Below are positions 51,903 through 61,259 of a stretch of DNA of 64,000 bases, piece by piece. The notes beneath the pieces were generated by a model. It was not told where the DNA came from, made no database searches, and saw only the letters and a program-made list of their open reading frames with translations. The stretch's first letter is position 1; every line of letters starts with the position of its first letter. Position numbers and translations under genes: made by a program. Source of the stretch: Acidobacteriota bacterium (GTDB lineage Bacteria; Acidobacteriota; Thermoanaerobaculia; Multivoradales; UBA5704); assembly GCA_040005235.1 (NCBI GenBank), contig JBDTZG010000004.1, positions 128,001 to 192,000 of the forward strand, given 5' to 3'.

Positions 51903-54110
51903 ATGATCCCGTCCAGATTTCTCACCCGTAGCGCTCTCGCCTTCGCCTTGCTGGTCGGCGGCTGCGCGGGCGGTCCGCAGGCGACCTCCGCTCCGACGGC
52001 TGCGCGGACGATCTCCCACGCTCCCGCAGCTGCTCCAGCCGCCGCGGCCTCCCGCTTCGTCGGTCCGGAATCCCGGCGCGAAGACAGAGTAGAGGTGCAG
52101 CATGGCGTGCCGGTGGCCGACCCGTACCGCTGGCTCGAAGATCCCGACTCGGCGGAGACGGCCGCCTGGGTCGCGGCCGAGAACAAGGTTACGTACTCCT
52201 ATTTGGAGAAGATCCCGGCGCGGGCCGAAATCAAGAGTCGTCTCACCGAGCTGTGGAACTACGCCAAGTTCGGCATCCCGGAAAAGCAGGGCGGGCGCTA
52301 CTTCTTCACCGAGAACGACGGGCTCCGGAACCAGGCTCCCGTCTACGTGCTCGATTCGCTGGCCGGCGAGCCGCGACTGCTGCTCGATCCGAACACGCTG
52401 TCGGCCGACGGCACGGTGGCGCTGGCCGATGCGGCCTACAGCCGCGACGGCAAGCGGATGGCCTACGGCCTCTCGGCGGCCGGCTCGGATTGGGAAAACT
52501 GGAAAGTGCGCGACGTCGACACCGGCGCCGACCTGTCGGACGAGCTGCACTGGGTGAAGTTTTCCGGCGCGGCCTGGACCGCCGACAGCGCGGGTTTCTA
52601 CTATTGCCGTTACGACGAGCCGAAAGCTGGGGGAGAGCTCGAAGACGCGAACTACTTCCAAAAGGTTTTCTATCACCGGATCGGCACGCCGCAGTCCGCG
52701 GATCGGCTGGCGTTCGACCGGCCGGACCAGAAGGATCTCGGCTTCTATCCCCTGGTCACCGATGACGGGCGCTATCTCGTCCTCGGGATTTCGCGCGGCA
52801 CGGAGGTCAAGAACGGTTTCTATTACCAGGACCTTTCGGATCCCGCTTCGCCGGTCGTCCGGCTGCTCGACACGTTCGATGCGCAATACAGCTTCCTGGG
52901 CAACGACGGCCCCGTCTTCTGGTTCGCGACCACTCTCGACGCGCCGCGATCCCGGGTGATCGCGATCGACATTCGTCATCCGGAGCGGGGGAGCTGGAAA
53001 GAGCTGATCCCCGAACGGGCCGACACGCTCCAAACCGCCCACGCGATCGGCAACGGTTTCGTCGGCACCTATCTGCACGACGCCGCCTCGCGCGTCGAGG
53101 TGTTCGATCGCGAGGGCAAATCGGTGCGCACCGTGGCGCTGCCGGGCCTCGCGACGGTCGACGGTTTCAGAGGCCAGGTCGGCGATCTCGAGACGTTCTA
53201 CTCGATGGTCAGCTACAACCGCCCTTCGACCGTCTTCCGCTACGACATTTCGACGGGGGCGAGCACCACCTTCCGCCAGCCGAAGCTCGGATTCGATCCG
53301 GAAGCCTACGAAACCCGGCAGGTCTTCTACACCAGCAAGGACGGCACCCGGGTGCCGATGTTCCTTACCGGCAAGAAGGGGTGGAGCGAACGGGGCAAGC
53401 TGCCGGTCCTGCTCTACGCCTACGGCGGGTTCGACATTTCGCTCACCCCCGGATTCAACGTCCGCAACCTGGTCTGGATGGAGCGCGGCGGGCTGCTGGC
53501 GATCCCGAGCCTTCGCGGCGGCGGCGAATACGGCGAGGAGTGGCATCTGGCCGGCGCGAAGCTCAAGAAGCAGAACGTCTTCGACGATTTCATCGCCGCC
53601 GCCGAGTACCTGGTCAAAGAAGGCATTACGACCTCGTCCCAGCTGGTGATCAACGGGCGCAGCAACGGCGGCCTGCTGGTCGGTGCCGTCCTCACCCAAC
53701 GCCCCGACCTGTTCGGCGCGGCGCTTCCAGGCGTCGGAGTGATGGACATGCTCCGCTTCCACAAATTCACGATCGGCTGGGGCTGGGTCTCCGACTACGG
53801 CTCGCCGGACGATCCGGAAGAATTCAAAGCGCTCTACGCCTATTCGCCCTACCACAACACGAAACCGGCCACCTATCCGCCGACCCTGATCACCACCGCC
53901 GATCACGACGACCGGGTGGTCCCGGCCCACAGCTTCAAATTCGCCGCGGCGCTCCAAAACGCCCAAGGCGGCCCCGCGCCGATCCTGATCCGAATCGAAA
54001 CCAAAGCCGGCCACGGCGGCGGCAAACCGACCGCCAAGCAGATCGAAGAAGCGACCGACGAGCTGGCGTTCACGATCCAGGCGCTGGGACTGCCCGGATC
54101 GGGGAAATAG
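51903..54110 (+). CDS. Prolyl oligopeptidase (S9A), lipoprotein
   Basis: LVGGC lipobox, DPYRWLE, YGGF, GRSNGGLL, DHDDRV, AGHG. Confidence 0.96.
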   Translation: MIPSRFLTRSALAFALLVGGCAGGPQATSAPTAARTISHAPAAAPAAAASRFVGPESRREDRVEVQHGVPVADPYRWLEDPDSAETAAWVAAENKVTYSYLEKIPARAEIKSRLTELWNYAKFGIPEKQGGRYFFTENDGLRNQAPVYVLDSLAGEPRLLLDPNTLSADGTVALADAAYSRDGKRMAYGLSAAGSDWENWKVRDVDTGADLSDELHWVKFSGAAWTADSAGFYYCRYDEPKAGGELEDANYFQKVFYHRIGTPQSADRLAFDRPDQKDLGFYPLVTDDGRYLVLGISRGTEVKNGFYYQDLSDPASPVVRLLDTFDAQYSFLGNDGPVFWFATTLDAPRSRVIAIDIRHPERGSWKELIPERADTLQTAHAIGNGFVGTYLHDAASRVEVFDREGKSVRTVALPGLATVDGFRGQVGDLETFYSMVSYNRPSTVFRYDISTGASTTFRQPKLGFDPEAYETRQVFYTSKDGTRVPMFLTGKKGWSERGKLPVLLYAYGGFDISLTPGFNVRNLVWMERGGLLAIPSLRGGGEYGEEWHLAGAKLKKQNVFDDFIAAAEYLVKEGITTSSQLVINGRSNGGLLVGAVLTQRPDLFGAALPGVGVMDMLRFHKFTIGWGWVSDYGSPDDPEEFKALYAYSPYHNTKPATYPPTLITTADHDDRVVPAHSFKFAAALQNAQGGPAPILIRIETKAGHGGGKPTAKQIEEATDELAFTIQALGLPGSGK

Positions 54111-54130
54111 CGCGGTGCGGCCGGAGCGGC

Positions 54131-54517
54131 TTACCCCTCCCCGAGGTCCGTCTGGGAAAAATCTTGGCCTACGAACAGGAGAGGTGCCTCGGCGAGGCGA
54201 GCCGTCGCGTAGCTGATGCAGTCACCGAAGTTGAGGGCGGCAGGGTGGCGCCCCTTACCGAAGCGCAAGAAGGCCTGCGTGGCGAGCCTCCAATGCTCCT
54301 CCGAAAAAGGCAGCACCGCCACATCAAATTCTTCGAGGAATTGATCGAGAAGCGCCTGGCTGGGCTTCTTGAACCGCGCAGTCAGAACGATGCCCGTCTC
54401 AAGGAGGGTAACGGCCGAGACACCTACCGACCTAGCAGCGAGAACGGCATCGACAAGGACATCGCACTCGGGCTCTCGCCCGAGAATCGCAATGATCGCC
54501 GACGAATCGAGGATCAT
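54131..54517 (-). CDS. vapC: VapC/PIN toxin
   Basis: MILDSSAIIAIL, FGKGRHPAALNFGDCISYA. Confidence 0.92.
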   Translation of the reverse strand: MILDSSAIIAILGREPECDVLVDAVLAARSVGVSAVTLLETGIVLTARFKKPSQALLDQFLEEFDVAVLPFSEEHWRLATQAFLRFGKGRHPAALNFGDCISYATARLAEAPLLFVGQDFSQTDLGEG

Positions 54518-54786
54518 GCCCCGGTCGGCCCGTAGCCCAAGATCTCGTCTTCCTCCGCCCGACTGAGACGCCGTCCGATAGTCTCTACAGGAATTTGGGG
54601 CCAGACTTCCGTCTCCAGCCAGCGCCGGATCTGAGCCTTGCGGTCGCCCCCACGAATGACCCGCAGGGAGAGCCTCTCCTTGCGCTCTTCGAGCGCTCGG
54701 CGCACGGCGTCGGAGGGGCTTTCTCCAGTAAGCTTGGCAACCTCTTCGGCCAAACTCTCAATCTCGGGGAGTAGGTTTAGGGCCAT
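54514..54786 (-). CDS. vapB: VapB antitoxin (Rv0623-like)
   Basis: MALNL..LAEEVAKLTGES..AVRRALEER..DEILGYGPTG; GGAGG RBS; ATGA overlap. Confidence 0.88.
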   Translation of the reverse strand: MALNLLPEIESLAEEVAKLTGESPSDAVRRALEERKERLSLRVIRGGDRKAQIRRWLETEVWPQIPVETIGRRLSRAEEDEILGYGPTGA

Positions 54787-54879
54787 CGTTTGACCTCCAA
54801 TCTGCGATGGTAGGAACATCGACGCCGGAGCGCAAGCCTGGGCGCGCGCGGCTCTAGCCTGGCGTTTCTCGGCGAGTAG

Positions 54880-55098
54880 GCTCAGGTGTATGGAGGTGCC
54901 GTGAGAACCAGCATCCATATAGACGACGATTTGCTGGCCGAGGCAGCTCGCTTGAGTGGCATCAAGACCAAGAAGGATCTCGTCCATGAGGCGCTCCGGG
55001 TGTTCGTCGCCAGCAAGAAGCGCAAGAGCCTGCTCGACCTGAAAGGCAGGATTCGGTTCGCGCCCGGCTACGATCACAAGGCGCTCCGCAGCTGACCG
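54880..55098 (+). repeat. About 220-bp direct repeat, copy 1 (vapB and leader)
   Basis: Near-identical to 55930-56148 (offset 1050). Confidence 0.9.
54901..55095 (+). CDS. vapB: Orphan VapB antitoxin (duplicate, no toxin downstream)
   Basis: RTSIHIDDDLLAEAARLSGIKTKKDLVHEALR. Confidence 0.82.
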   Translation: MRTSIHIDDDLLAEAARLSGIKTKKDLVHEALRVFVASKKRKSLLDLKGRIRFAPGYDHKALRS

Positions 55099-55121
55099 CT
55101 TTTCTTTGAGGAAACACCGAA

Positions 55122-55153
55122 AGAGGCTCGCCGGGCCGAATCGGCGAGCCTCT
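55122..55153 (-). terminator. Hairpin terminator between convergent genes
   Basis: 12-bp stem AGAGGCTCGCCG/CGGCGAGCCTCT. Confidence 0.6.
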
Positions 55154-55208
55154 CGTTCTCAGGGGAACTTCAGGGGCGGGTTTGAGGCCTGCGGATTCGA
55201 GGCGGGAT

Positions 55209-55757
55209 CTAGAACTCGGCCTTGAGGGTCTGGGCGGTGATCGCACCACTGGCCTGGCGGGTGCCGCGGCCTTCGATTCGGGGGTGCTGGTTGCGATTGA
55301 AGGAGGTCCGTAGGGCGGCGATGTTGAGCAGATCGCCGCGGGCGCTCCAGACGGTCGCGGCGTTCACCGCAACCTTCGCACCGGTAGCGAGAGTGATCGT
55401 GTTGCCGCTGATCGCCGAGACCGCGCCGCGGAACTGGCTGCCGGCCTGGGGGGTGTCGTCGGTGCCATTGTGGTGACCGCCGCCGTTTCCACCGCCATTC
55501 CCGCCCCCGTTGCCGCCGCCATGATCGTCGCCGGGCTCCGCTTCGCGGTTGCCGGTGAGCGCGCCGGCCGCCGGCTGGCTGGTCGATTCACCCGTCGCGA
55601 GTGAGGACGAGGAGGAGGAGGTCGCCGAGACCGAAGAGGTATCGGAAAGGGACACCGGCTCGGTCGGGCTCGCTCCGGACTTGGAGCAGCCGACGGCGGA
55701 CAGGGTGGCGAGCGAGAGCAGAAGGGCGGGAGCGAGGGTAAGGGTCTTGGGCGTCAT
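55209..55757 (-). CDS. Lipoprotein with Ser/Gly-rich linker and DUF5666-like domain
   Basis: AVGC lipobox, EPGDDHGGGNGGGNGGG, FRGAVSAISG..IEGRG; AAGGAG RBS. Confidence 0.72.
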   Translation of the reverse strand: MTPKTLTLAPALLLSLATLSAVGCSKSGASPTEPVSLSDTSSVSATSSSSSSLATGESTSQPAAGALTGNREAEPGDDHGGGNGGGNGGGNGGGHHNGTDDTPQAGSQFRGAVSAISGNTITLATGAKVAVNAATVWSARGDLLNIAALRTSFNRNQHPRIEGRGTRQASGAITAQTLKAEF

Positions 55758-55929
55758 GGTCGGTCTCCTTGAAGTGGCTCGAATTCGTAGGGTCGGGGGG
55801 CGATCTCGCCCGTTCCGGTTGCCGTTCATGGAGTTAAGACAGCGGCCGAGGCCTAGTGGAACAAACTCAGTGAGAAATCCAGATGGCTCGGACCGAGTCG
55901 GCAGGCGCCTCGGTGGAGTTGAGGTGTAT

Positions 55930-56148
55930 GCTCAGGTGTATGGGGGTACCATGAGAACCAACATCCACCTAGACGACGATTTGCTGGCCGAGGCAGCTCG
56001 CTTGAGTGGCATCAAGACCAAGAAGGATCTCGTTCATGAGGCGCTCCGGGTGTTTGTCGCCAGCAAGAAGCGCAAGAGCCTGCTCGACCTGAAGGGCAGG
56101 ATCCAGTTCGCGCCCGGCTACGATCACAAAGCGCTCCGCGGCTGACCG
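55930..56148 (+). repeat. About 220-bp direct repeat, copy 2
   Basis: Near-identical to 54880-55098. Confidence 0.9.
55951..56145 (+). CDS. vapB: VapB antitoxin
   Basis: MRTNIHLDDDLLAEA; directly upstream of a PIN gene. Confidence 0.88.
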   Translation: MRTNIHLDDDLLAEAARLSGIKTKKDLVHEALRVFVASKKRKSLLDLKGRIQFAPGYDHKALRG

Positions 56149-56549
56149 TGATCCTCGTCGATACTTCCGTCCTGATCGGATTCTTGCGCGGACACCGTAC
56201 GCCGGCAATCGACCTGTTCGAGCAGCTCGAGCGAGAATCGATCCCCTTCTCGATTCCCTACGTGTGTCTTCAAGAGGTACTTCAAGGTGCGCGGGATCTG
56301 CGTGAATGGCGCCTCCTGGAAGAATACTTCCGCGGGTTGGATTTGGTGTCTTCGAACGATCACGGCGTTACTCACCTTGAGGCGGCACGGATCTATTTCG
56401 ACTGCCGACGAAAGGGCATCACCCTGCGAAGCACGATCGACTGTCTCATCGCCCAACTCGCGATCGAAAACCAGGCGACGCTGCTTCATGACGACGGCGA
56501 CTTTGACGAGATCTGCAAGGTGCGCCCACTCCAGGCGCTGCGGGCTTAG
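56148..56549 (+). CDS. vapC: VapC/PIN toxin
   Basis: ILVDTSVLI, EVLQG, GITLRSTIDCLIAQ, LLHDDGDF. Confidence 0.92.
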   Translation: MILVDTSVLIGFLRGHRTPAIDLFEQLERESIPFSIPYVCLQEVLQGARDLREWRLLEEYFRGLDLVSSNDHGVTHLEAARIYFDCRRKGITLRSTIDCLIAQLAIENQATLLHDDGDFDEICKVRPLQALRA

Positions 56550-56627
56550 GGCGTGCCAACCAGCCTCCCGGACCGGTCGGGTATACTCCGCGCTCCGAAA
56601 AACGCGCTCCCCCGAGGCTTACCCCCC

Positions 56628-58802
56628 ATGCGATATACGAATCATCCTCTCCGCCGCTCCACCCTCGCGATCCTGGCGTTCGCCGGGTTTGCCCTGGCGT
56701 TTTCCGCCTCGGCGGCCCATGCCAAGGACCCGAAGCTGGTCATCCTCGGTTTCGACGGCGCGGATGCCGAGCTGACCCGGCAGTGGATCGCTGAGGGGAA
56801 GCTGCCGAACCTGGCGAAACTGGCGCAGCAGGGGACGTTCGCTCCGCTGCGCTCGACTATTCCCTCCCAGACCCCCGTTTCGTGGTCGACCTTCGCGACC
56901 GGGCTAAACCCGGGGCGGCACACCATCTTCGACTTTCTGAAGCGCGACGTGGCGACCTACCGGCCGAGCTTCGCGATGTACGACCAGAGGCGCGTCCCCT
57001 TCCTTTGGGGGACCAAGAACGCCCTGGGTGTCGGCTCGATCGCGGCGCTCGCGCTGTTCCTGATCACCTTCCTGCTGCTCAAACTGGTTCGCCTGCGCAC
57101 TCGCGCGGCAGTGATCGTTGCCGTCGTGCTCGGCGTCCTGGCGGGCGGCGGCGGGGCTTGGGCGGCGAAGAAATACCTGCCGGTCGATCGGCCGATCGCG
57201 ATCAATCGCCAGCAGGGCGAGACCTTCTGGACCACGCTCGGCAAAGCAGGGAAACGGGTACGAGTCAACCGCGTGCCCGTGACCTTCCCGCCGAAGGCGT
57301 TCGAGCATGGCGAGCTGCTGACCGGCCTGGGCACGCCCGACCTTTCGGGCCGGATCGGCAAGCCGTTCTTCTTCACCTCCGAGCTGTTCTTCACCCCCAA
57401 GGGGGGCGGCGACTTCTCGATCGACGTGGTCGAGCTGGTGGACAACAAGGGGACGATCGAGACCGAGATTCAGGGGCCGCCGAACGAGCTGTTCCCGGGC
57501 GACGGGCGCGACTACATCAAGATTCCGATGAAGCTCACCGTCGCCGATGACCGCTCGAAGCTCGACATCGAGGTTTCCGGCCAGAAACTGAGCTTGAAGC
57601 CGGGCGAGTGGAGCGACTGGGCGCGCTTCGTCTTCCCGTTCAATCCGTTGATCAAGCTGCACGGCATCGGCAAGTTCCGGCTGGTCTCGCTCGATCCGGA
57701 GGTCCGGCTCTACCTCTCGCCGATCCAGTGGGATCCCACCAACCTGCCGCCCGTCCTCGACATCACGACCCCGCGCTCCTACGCCGGCAAGCTCGCCGAC
57801 CGGTTCGGGCTATTCAAGACGATCGGCTGGACGATCGACACCTGGTCGATGAACGACGGCACGATCGACGAGGGGATCTTCTTGGAGGACGTCCACAAGA
57901 CCGTGGACAAGGACAAGGAGATGCTCGCCGGCATGCTCGCCGACGACGAGTGGGACGTGCTGGTCGACTATTTCGAGTTCACCGACCGGGTGCAGCACAT
58001 CATGTACCGCTTCCTCGATCCCAAGCATCCGCTTTACACCGAAGAGGGCGCGAAGAAGTGGGGCGGGTCGATCCTCATGGCCTACCAGATGATGGACGGG
58101 ATCGTCGGCGACACGATGAAGAAACTCCCGCCGGACGCGAAGCTGATCGTCGTCTCCGACCACGGCTTCGCCTCGTTCCGCCGCGGCATGAACTACAACA
58201 CTTGGCTGGTGACCAACGGCTACATGGTGTTGAACGGCCAGGAGGCGGGCCGGAAGAATCTCGAAGAGCTGTTCTCCGGCCAGGGCAAGTTCTTCACCAA
58301 CGTCGATTGGAGCAAGACCCGCGCGTATTACTTGGGGTTGGGCGGTATCTACATCAATCTCAAGGGACGCGAGGCGAAGGGGATCGTCGATCCGAAAGAC
58401 TCCGCCGCGCTGGTCGCCGAGATCAAGGCGAAGCTCGAAGCCTTCGTCGACGACAAGACCGGCGAAAAACCGGTCGCCCACGTCTTCACCCGTGACGAGG
58501 CGTACGGCACCTACGACCCGCTGCTGATCCCCGAGATGATTCCCTCCAACAACCGGGGCTACCGCGTCGGCTGGCAGGACAGCCTGGGTGGCATCGGCAC
58601 CTCGATCGTCGAAGACAACACCCAGGTTTGGAGCGGCGACCACTGCTCGGTCTACCCGCCGCTGGTCAACGGCATCCTATTCAGCAACTTCAAGCTGAAC
58701 CCGACCGACGCCTACATGGGCGACATCATGCCGACCGTGTTGGAACTGTATAAGGTGGCGCCGCCGGAGAAGCTGGACGGGAAGAGCTTGCTGCTGAAGT
58801 AG
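56628..58802 (+). CDS. Alkaline phosphatase superfamily / type I phosphodiesterase-like protein
   Basis: LGFDG, PSQTPVSWSTFATG, TDRVQH, VSDHG, SGDH, DIMPT. Confidence 0.88.
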   Translation: MRYTNHPLRRSTLAILAFAGFALAFSASAAHAKDPKLVILGFDGADAELTRQWIAEGKLPNLAKLAQQGTFAPLRSTIPSQTPVSWSTFATGLNPGRHTIFDFLKRDVATYRPSFAMYDQRRVPFLWGTKNALGVGSIAALALFLITFLLLKLVRLRTRAAVIVAVVLGVLAGGGGAWAAKKYLPVDRPIAINRQQGETFWTTLGKAGKRVRVNRVPVTFPPKAFEHGELLTGLGTPDLSGRIGKPFFFTSELFFTPKGGGDFSIDVVELVDNKGTIETEIQGPPNELFPGDGRDYIKIPMKLTVADDRSKLDIEVSGQKLSLKPGEWSDWARFVFPFNPLIKLHGIGKFRLVSLDPEVRLYLSPIQWDPTNLPPVLDITTPRSYAGKLADRFGLFKTIGWTIDTWSMNDGTIDEGIFLEDVHKTVDKDKEMLAGMLADDEWDVLVDYFEFTDRVQHIMYRFLDPKHPLYTEEGAKKWGGSILMAYQMMDGIVGDTMKKLPPDAKLIVVSDHGFASFRRGMNYNTWLVTNGYMVLNGQEAGRKNLEELFSGQGKFFTNVDWSKTRAYYLGLGGIYINLKGREAKGIVDPKDSAALVAEIKAKLEAFVDDKTGEKPVAHVFTRDEAYGTYDPLLIPEMIPSNNRGYRVGWQDSLGGIGTSIVEDNTQVWSGDHCSVYPPLVNGILFSNFKLNPTDAYMGDIMPTVLELYKVAPPEKLDGKSLLLK

Positions 58803-58812
58803 CATCCCCTCG

Positions 58813-59973
58813 ATGCGCCGCGCCGTCTCCTGGATTCTGCTGCTGGTCTTGGCGCTGTTCGCCTTGCCCACGCCGGGCCAGGAGCCGGCGGCTGCACCTT
58901 CGGCGGTCAAACTGCGGGAGCGCGAGCTGCAAGAGATTCGCGCGCGGATCACATCCCTTCGCGGCCGTTTGGGCGAGGTGAAGAAGCAGCAGACCGGCTT
59001 CGAAGGGGAGCTGGCGGCGACGGATCTTTCCTTGGAGCTGCAACGCGAGCGATTGGCCGAGGCGGTCGCGGCGCGCGATCTGGCCGCCCGGCGCGAGGCC
59101 GAGATCTTGGTTGAGGTGACCCGCCTGGAGGGCGAATTGGTGGCCGCCAAGCTCGCGCTCGAACGGCGGCTCGCGGGGCTTTATCGGTTCGGCCGCCAGG
59201 GCTATTTGCGCCTGATCCTCACGCTCCATCCCGATGGCCGGCTGCTCCCTTCGGTCCGCCTGCTGCGATTCTTGGCCCGGCGCGATGCCCAGGCGATCGA
59301 GCGCTACGGTGCGAGCAAAGTGGCCCTCGGGGCGGAGCGCGACCGGTTGGCGGCGGAGCGGAAAGCGAGTGAAATCTGGGTCGGGCGCGAGCAGGAGCGG
59401 CGTCGCGAGCTGATTTCTCTACGCAACCGGCGCGCCGATTTGCTCGCGCGTTCCGAGCGGGAGGGCAAAAACCTCGCAGCCGAGGCGGGGGTGCTCACCG
59501 AGAAGGGCAAGAAGCTCGCGAACCTGATCGACCTCTTGTACGGCCGCAACCAGGGGAGCGGCTCGCCCCTCGGGGCTCCCATCCAGCAGGTGCGCGGGCT
59601 GCTCGATTGGCCGGTGCGCGGCCAGGTGAAAGAGGGGTTCGGGCCGCGGCTCGACCCGCGCTACCGCACCCAGGTGCCGCACAACGGGCTCGACCTCGCG
59701 ACCGAGCCCGGCAGCGAGGTGCGGGCGATCTATCCGGGCAAGGTGCTGTATGCCGCGCCGTTTCAAGGGTATGGCTGGACGGTGGTGGTGCAGCATCCCG
59801 GCCAGGTGCTGTCGCTAGCGGCGGGGATGTCGAGCCTCCGGGTGGGGCCCGGCGATATGGTATCTTTGGGCCAAGTGGTCGGCCTGTCGACCGATGCCCT
59901 GTACTTCGAAATCCGCGCGGAAAATCACCCCGAAGATCCCATGTCCTGGCTCCGTTCCACGAGGTCCCCATGA
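58813..59973 (+). CDS. envC: Murein hydrolase activator EnvC-like (coiled coil + degenerate M23)
   Basis: Signal peptide, coiled coil, LDWPVRG, HNGLD, LYFEIR. Confidence 0.8.
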   Translation: MRRAVSWILLLVLALFALPTPGQEPAAAPSAVKLRERELQEIRARITSLRGRLGEVKKQQTGFEGELAATDLSLELQRERLAEAVAARDLAARREAEILVEVTRLEGELVAAKLALERRLAGLYRFGRQGYLRLILTLHPDGRLLPSVRLLRFLARRDAQAIERYGASKVALGAERDRLAAERKASEIWVGREQERRRELISLRNRRADLLARSEREGKNLAAEAGVLTEKGKKLANLIDLLYGRNQGSGSPLGAPIQQVRGLLDWPVRGQVKEGFGPRLDPRYRTQVPHNGLDLATEPGSEVRAIYPGKVLYAAPFQGYGWTVVVQHPGQVLSLAAGMSSLRVGPGDMVSLGQVVGLSTDALYFEIRAENHPEDPMSWLRSTRSP

Positions 59974-61151
59974 GTCGAAGCCGGATCGCTTTCGTAATCG
60001 TTTCTCTCTGCCTGGTCGTGCCGATGATGGCCGCCACGTTCCTCTATGCCGCCGACCGCGGCAAGCCGGACGAAAAGGGGGACTCCCTGTTCAAGTACAT
60101 CGGCGTGTTCACCGAGGTGCTGAACCTGGTCCGCCAGACCTACGTCGACGAGACCGACATGAATACCCTGATGGCGAGCGCCCTCGATGGCACGACCGAA
60201 GCGCTCGACGCGTTCTCCCAATACATTCCGGCGCCCGCGGTCTCCCGCTACCTGGACGTGCAGAAGGTGGGCTCCAGCCGGAGCGGCCTCCACCTGGTCA
60301 AGGACAACGGCATCGTCTACGTCGTGGCGATCGACGCCGATGGGCCGGCGAAAAAGGCCGGCGTGCAGATCGGCGACATCGTGGTCGAAGCGGGCGGCAA
60401 GGACGCGCACCGCGCGCCGTTCTGGGAGATCGAAGAGACGCTCGCGGGGGAGCCCGGGACGAAGATCCCGCTGCGCCTGCTTCGCCTCGGGGAGACGAGG
60501 GTCGTGACCTGCGAGCTGGCGGACTTTTCGCCGCTCGCCCCGAGCCTGGAGCGGATCGAGGGTCTTCCGGTGCTGCATCTGCCGAGCTTCGGCGAGCGCA
60601 CCGCCTGGGCGACCCGCGGCCTGTTGATCAAAACGAAGTCGGAAGATCGCCTGATCGTCGACCTGCGCGGTATCGCGGGCGGCGATCCGGAAGCGGCCTA
60701 CGCGGTCGCGCGGCTGTTCACCCAGGGCGACCTGGGGGCTCTGGTCGGACGCAAAGGGCAGATCTCGACCTTCACCGGCAGCGAAGCGCCGGTCTGGAAG
60801 GGGAGCCGGCTGGTCGTTCTGGTCGACCGCGGCACGCTCGGCGCGGCCGAGCTGCTCACCACGGTGCTCGTCCAGAAGCTCCATGCGGAGGTGGTGGGCG
60901 AGCGGACGTTCGGCTACGCCGGCCGGCTCGCCTCGGCCGATCTGTCGAGCGGCGGCCGGTTGATCTATACCGACGCGTTTTACGCCGGCCCCGACCGCAA
61001 ACCGCTCGACGCGGCGCTCCAGCCCGATGTCCAGGTGGACGAGCGGTCGCGGACGTTCGAGGACAAGGACACGCCGATCGACGACCTGATCCTGAAGCAG
61101 GGCTTGCGCCGCCTGGTGGCCGAGCCGGAAGCGGCGAAGAAAGCCGCGTAA
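59970..61151 (+). CDS. S41/CtpA-like PDZ protein with degenerate catalytic site
   Basis: FTEVLNLVRQTYVD, PDZ GPAKKAGVQIGD, IVDLRG, GTLGAAE, GERTFGYAG. Confidence 0.8.
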   Translation: MSRSRIAFVIVSLCLVVPMMAATFLYAADRGKPDEKGDSLFKYIGVFTEVLNLVRQTYVDETDMNTLMASALDGTTEALDAFSQYIPAPAVSRYLDVQKVGSSRSGLHLVKDNGIVYVVAIDADGPAKKAGVQIGDIVVEAGGKDAHRAPFWEIEETLAGEPGTKIPLRLLRLGETRVVTCELADFSPLAPSLERIEGLPVLHLPSFGERTAWATRGLLIKTKSEDRLIVDLRGIAGGDPEAAYAVARLFTQGDLGALVGRKGQISTFTGSEAPVWKGSRLVVLVDRGTLGAAELLTTVLVQKLHAEVVGERTFGYAGRLASADLSSGGRLIYTDAFYAGPDRKPLDAALQPDVQVDERSRTFEDKDTPIDDLILKQGLRRLVAEPEAAKKAA

Positions 61152-61220
61152 CGCCTCCTTGAGGAAATGGGGTCGCCTCTGAAAGGGGCCGGCCCCGGCC
61201 TCGCGATTCTGCCGGCCTCA

Positions 61221-61258
61221 TCCATCTGCGCCAACCTGCGCCAATCTGCTCCAATCTG
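61221..61258. repeat. 10-bp tandem repeat, about 4 copies
   Basis: TCCATCTGCG CCAACCTGCG CCAATCTGCT CCAATCTG directly before the yibQ-like start. Confidence 0.6.
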
Positions 61259-61259
61259 A

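Noticed and set aside
59600-59973. Missing HxH zinc motif in the M23 domain
   Set aside because: Normal for EnvC-type activators
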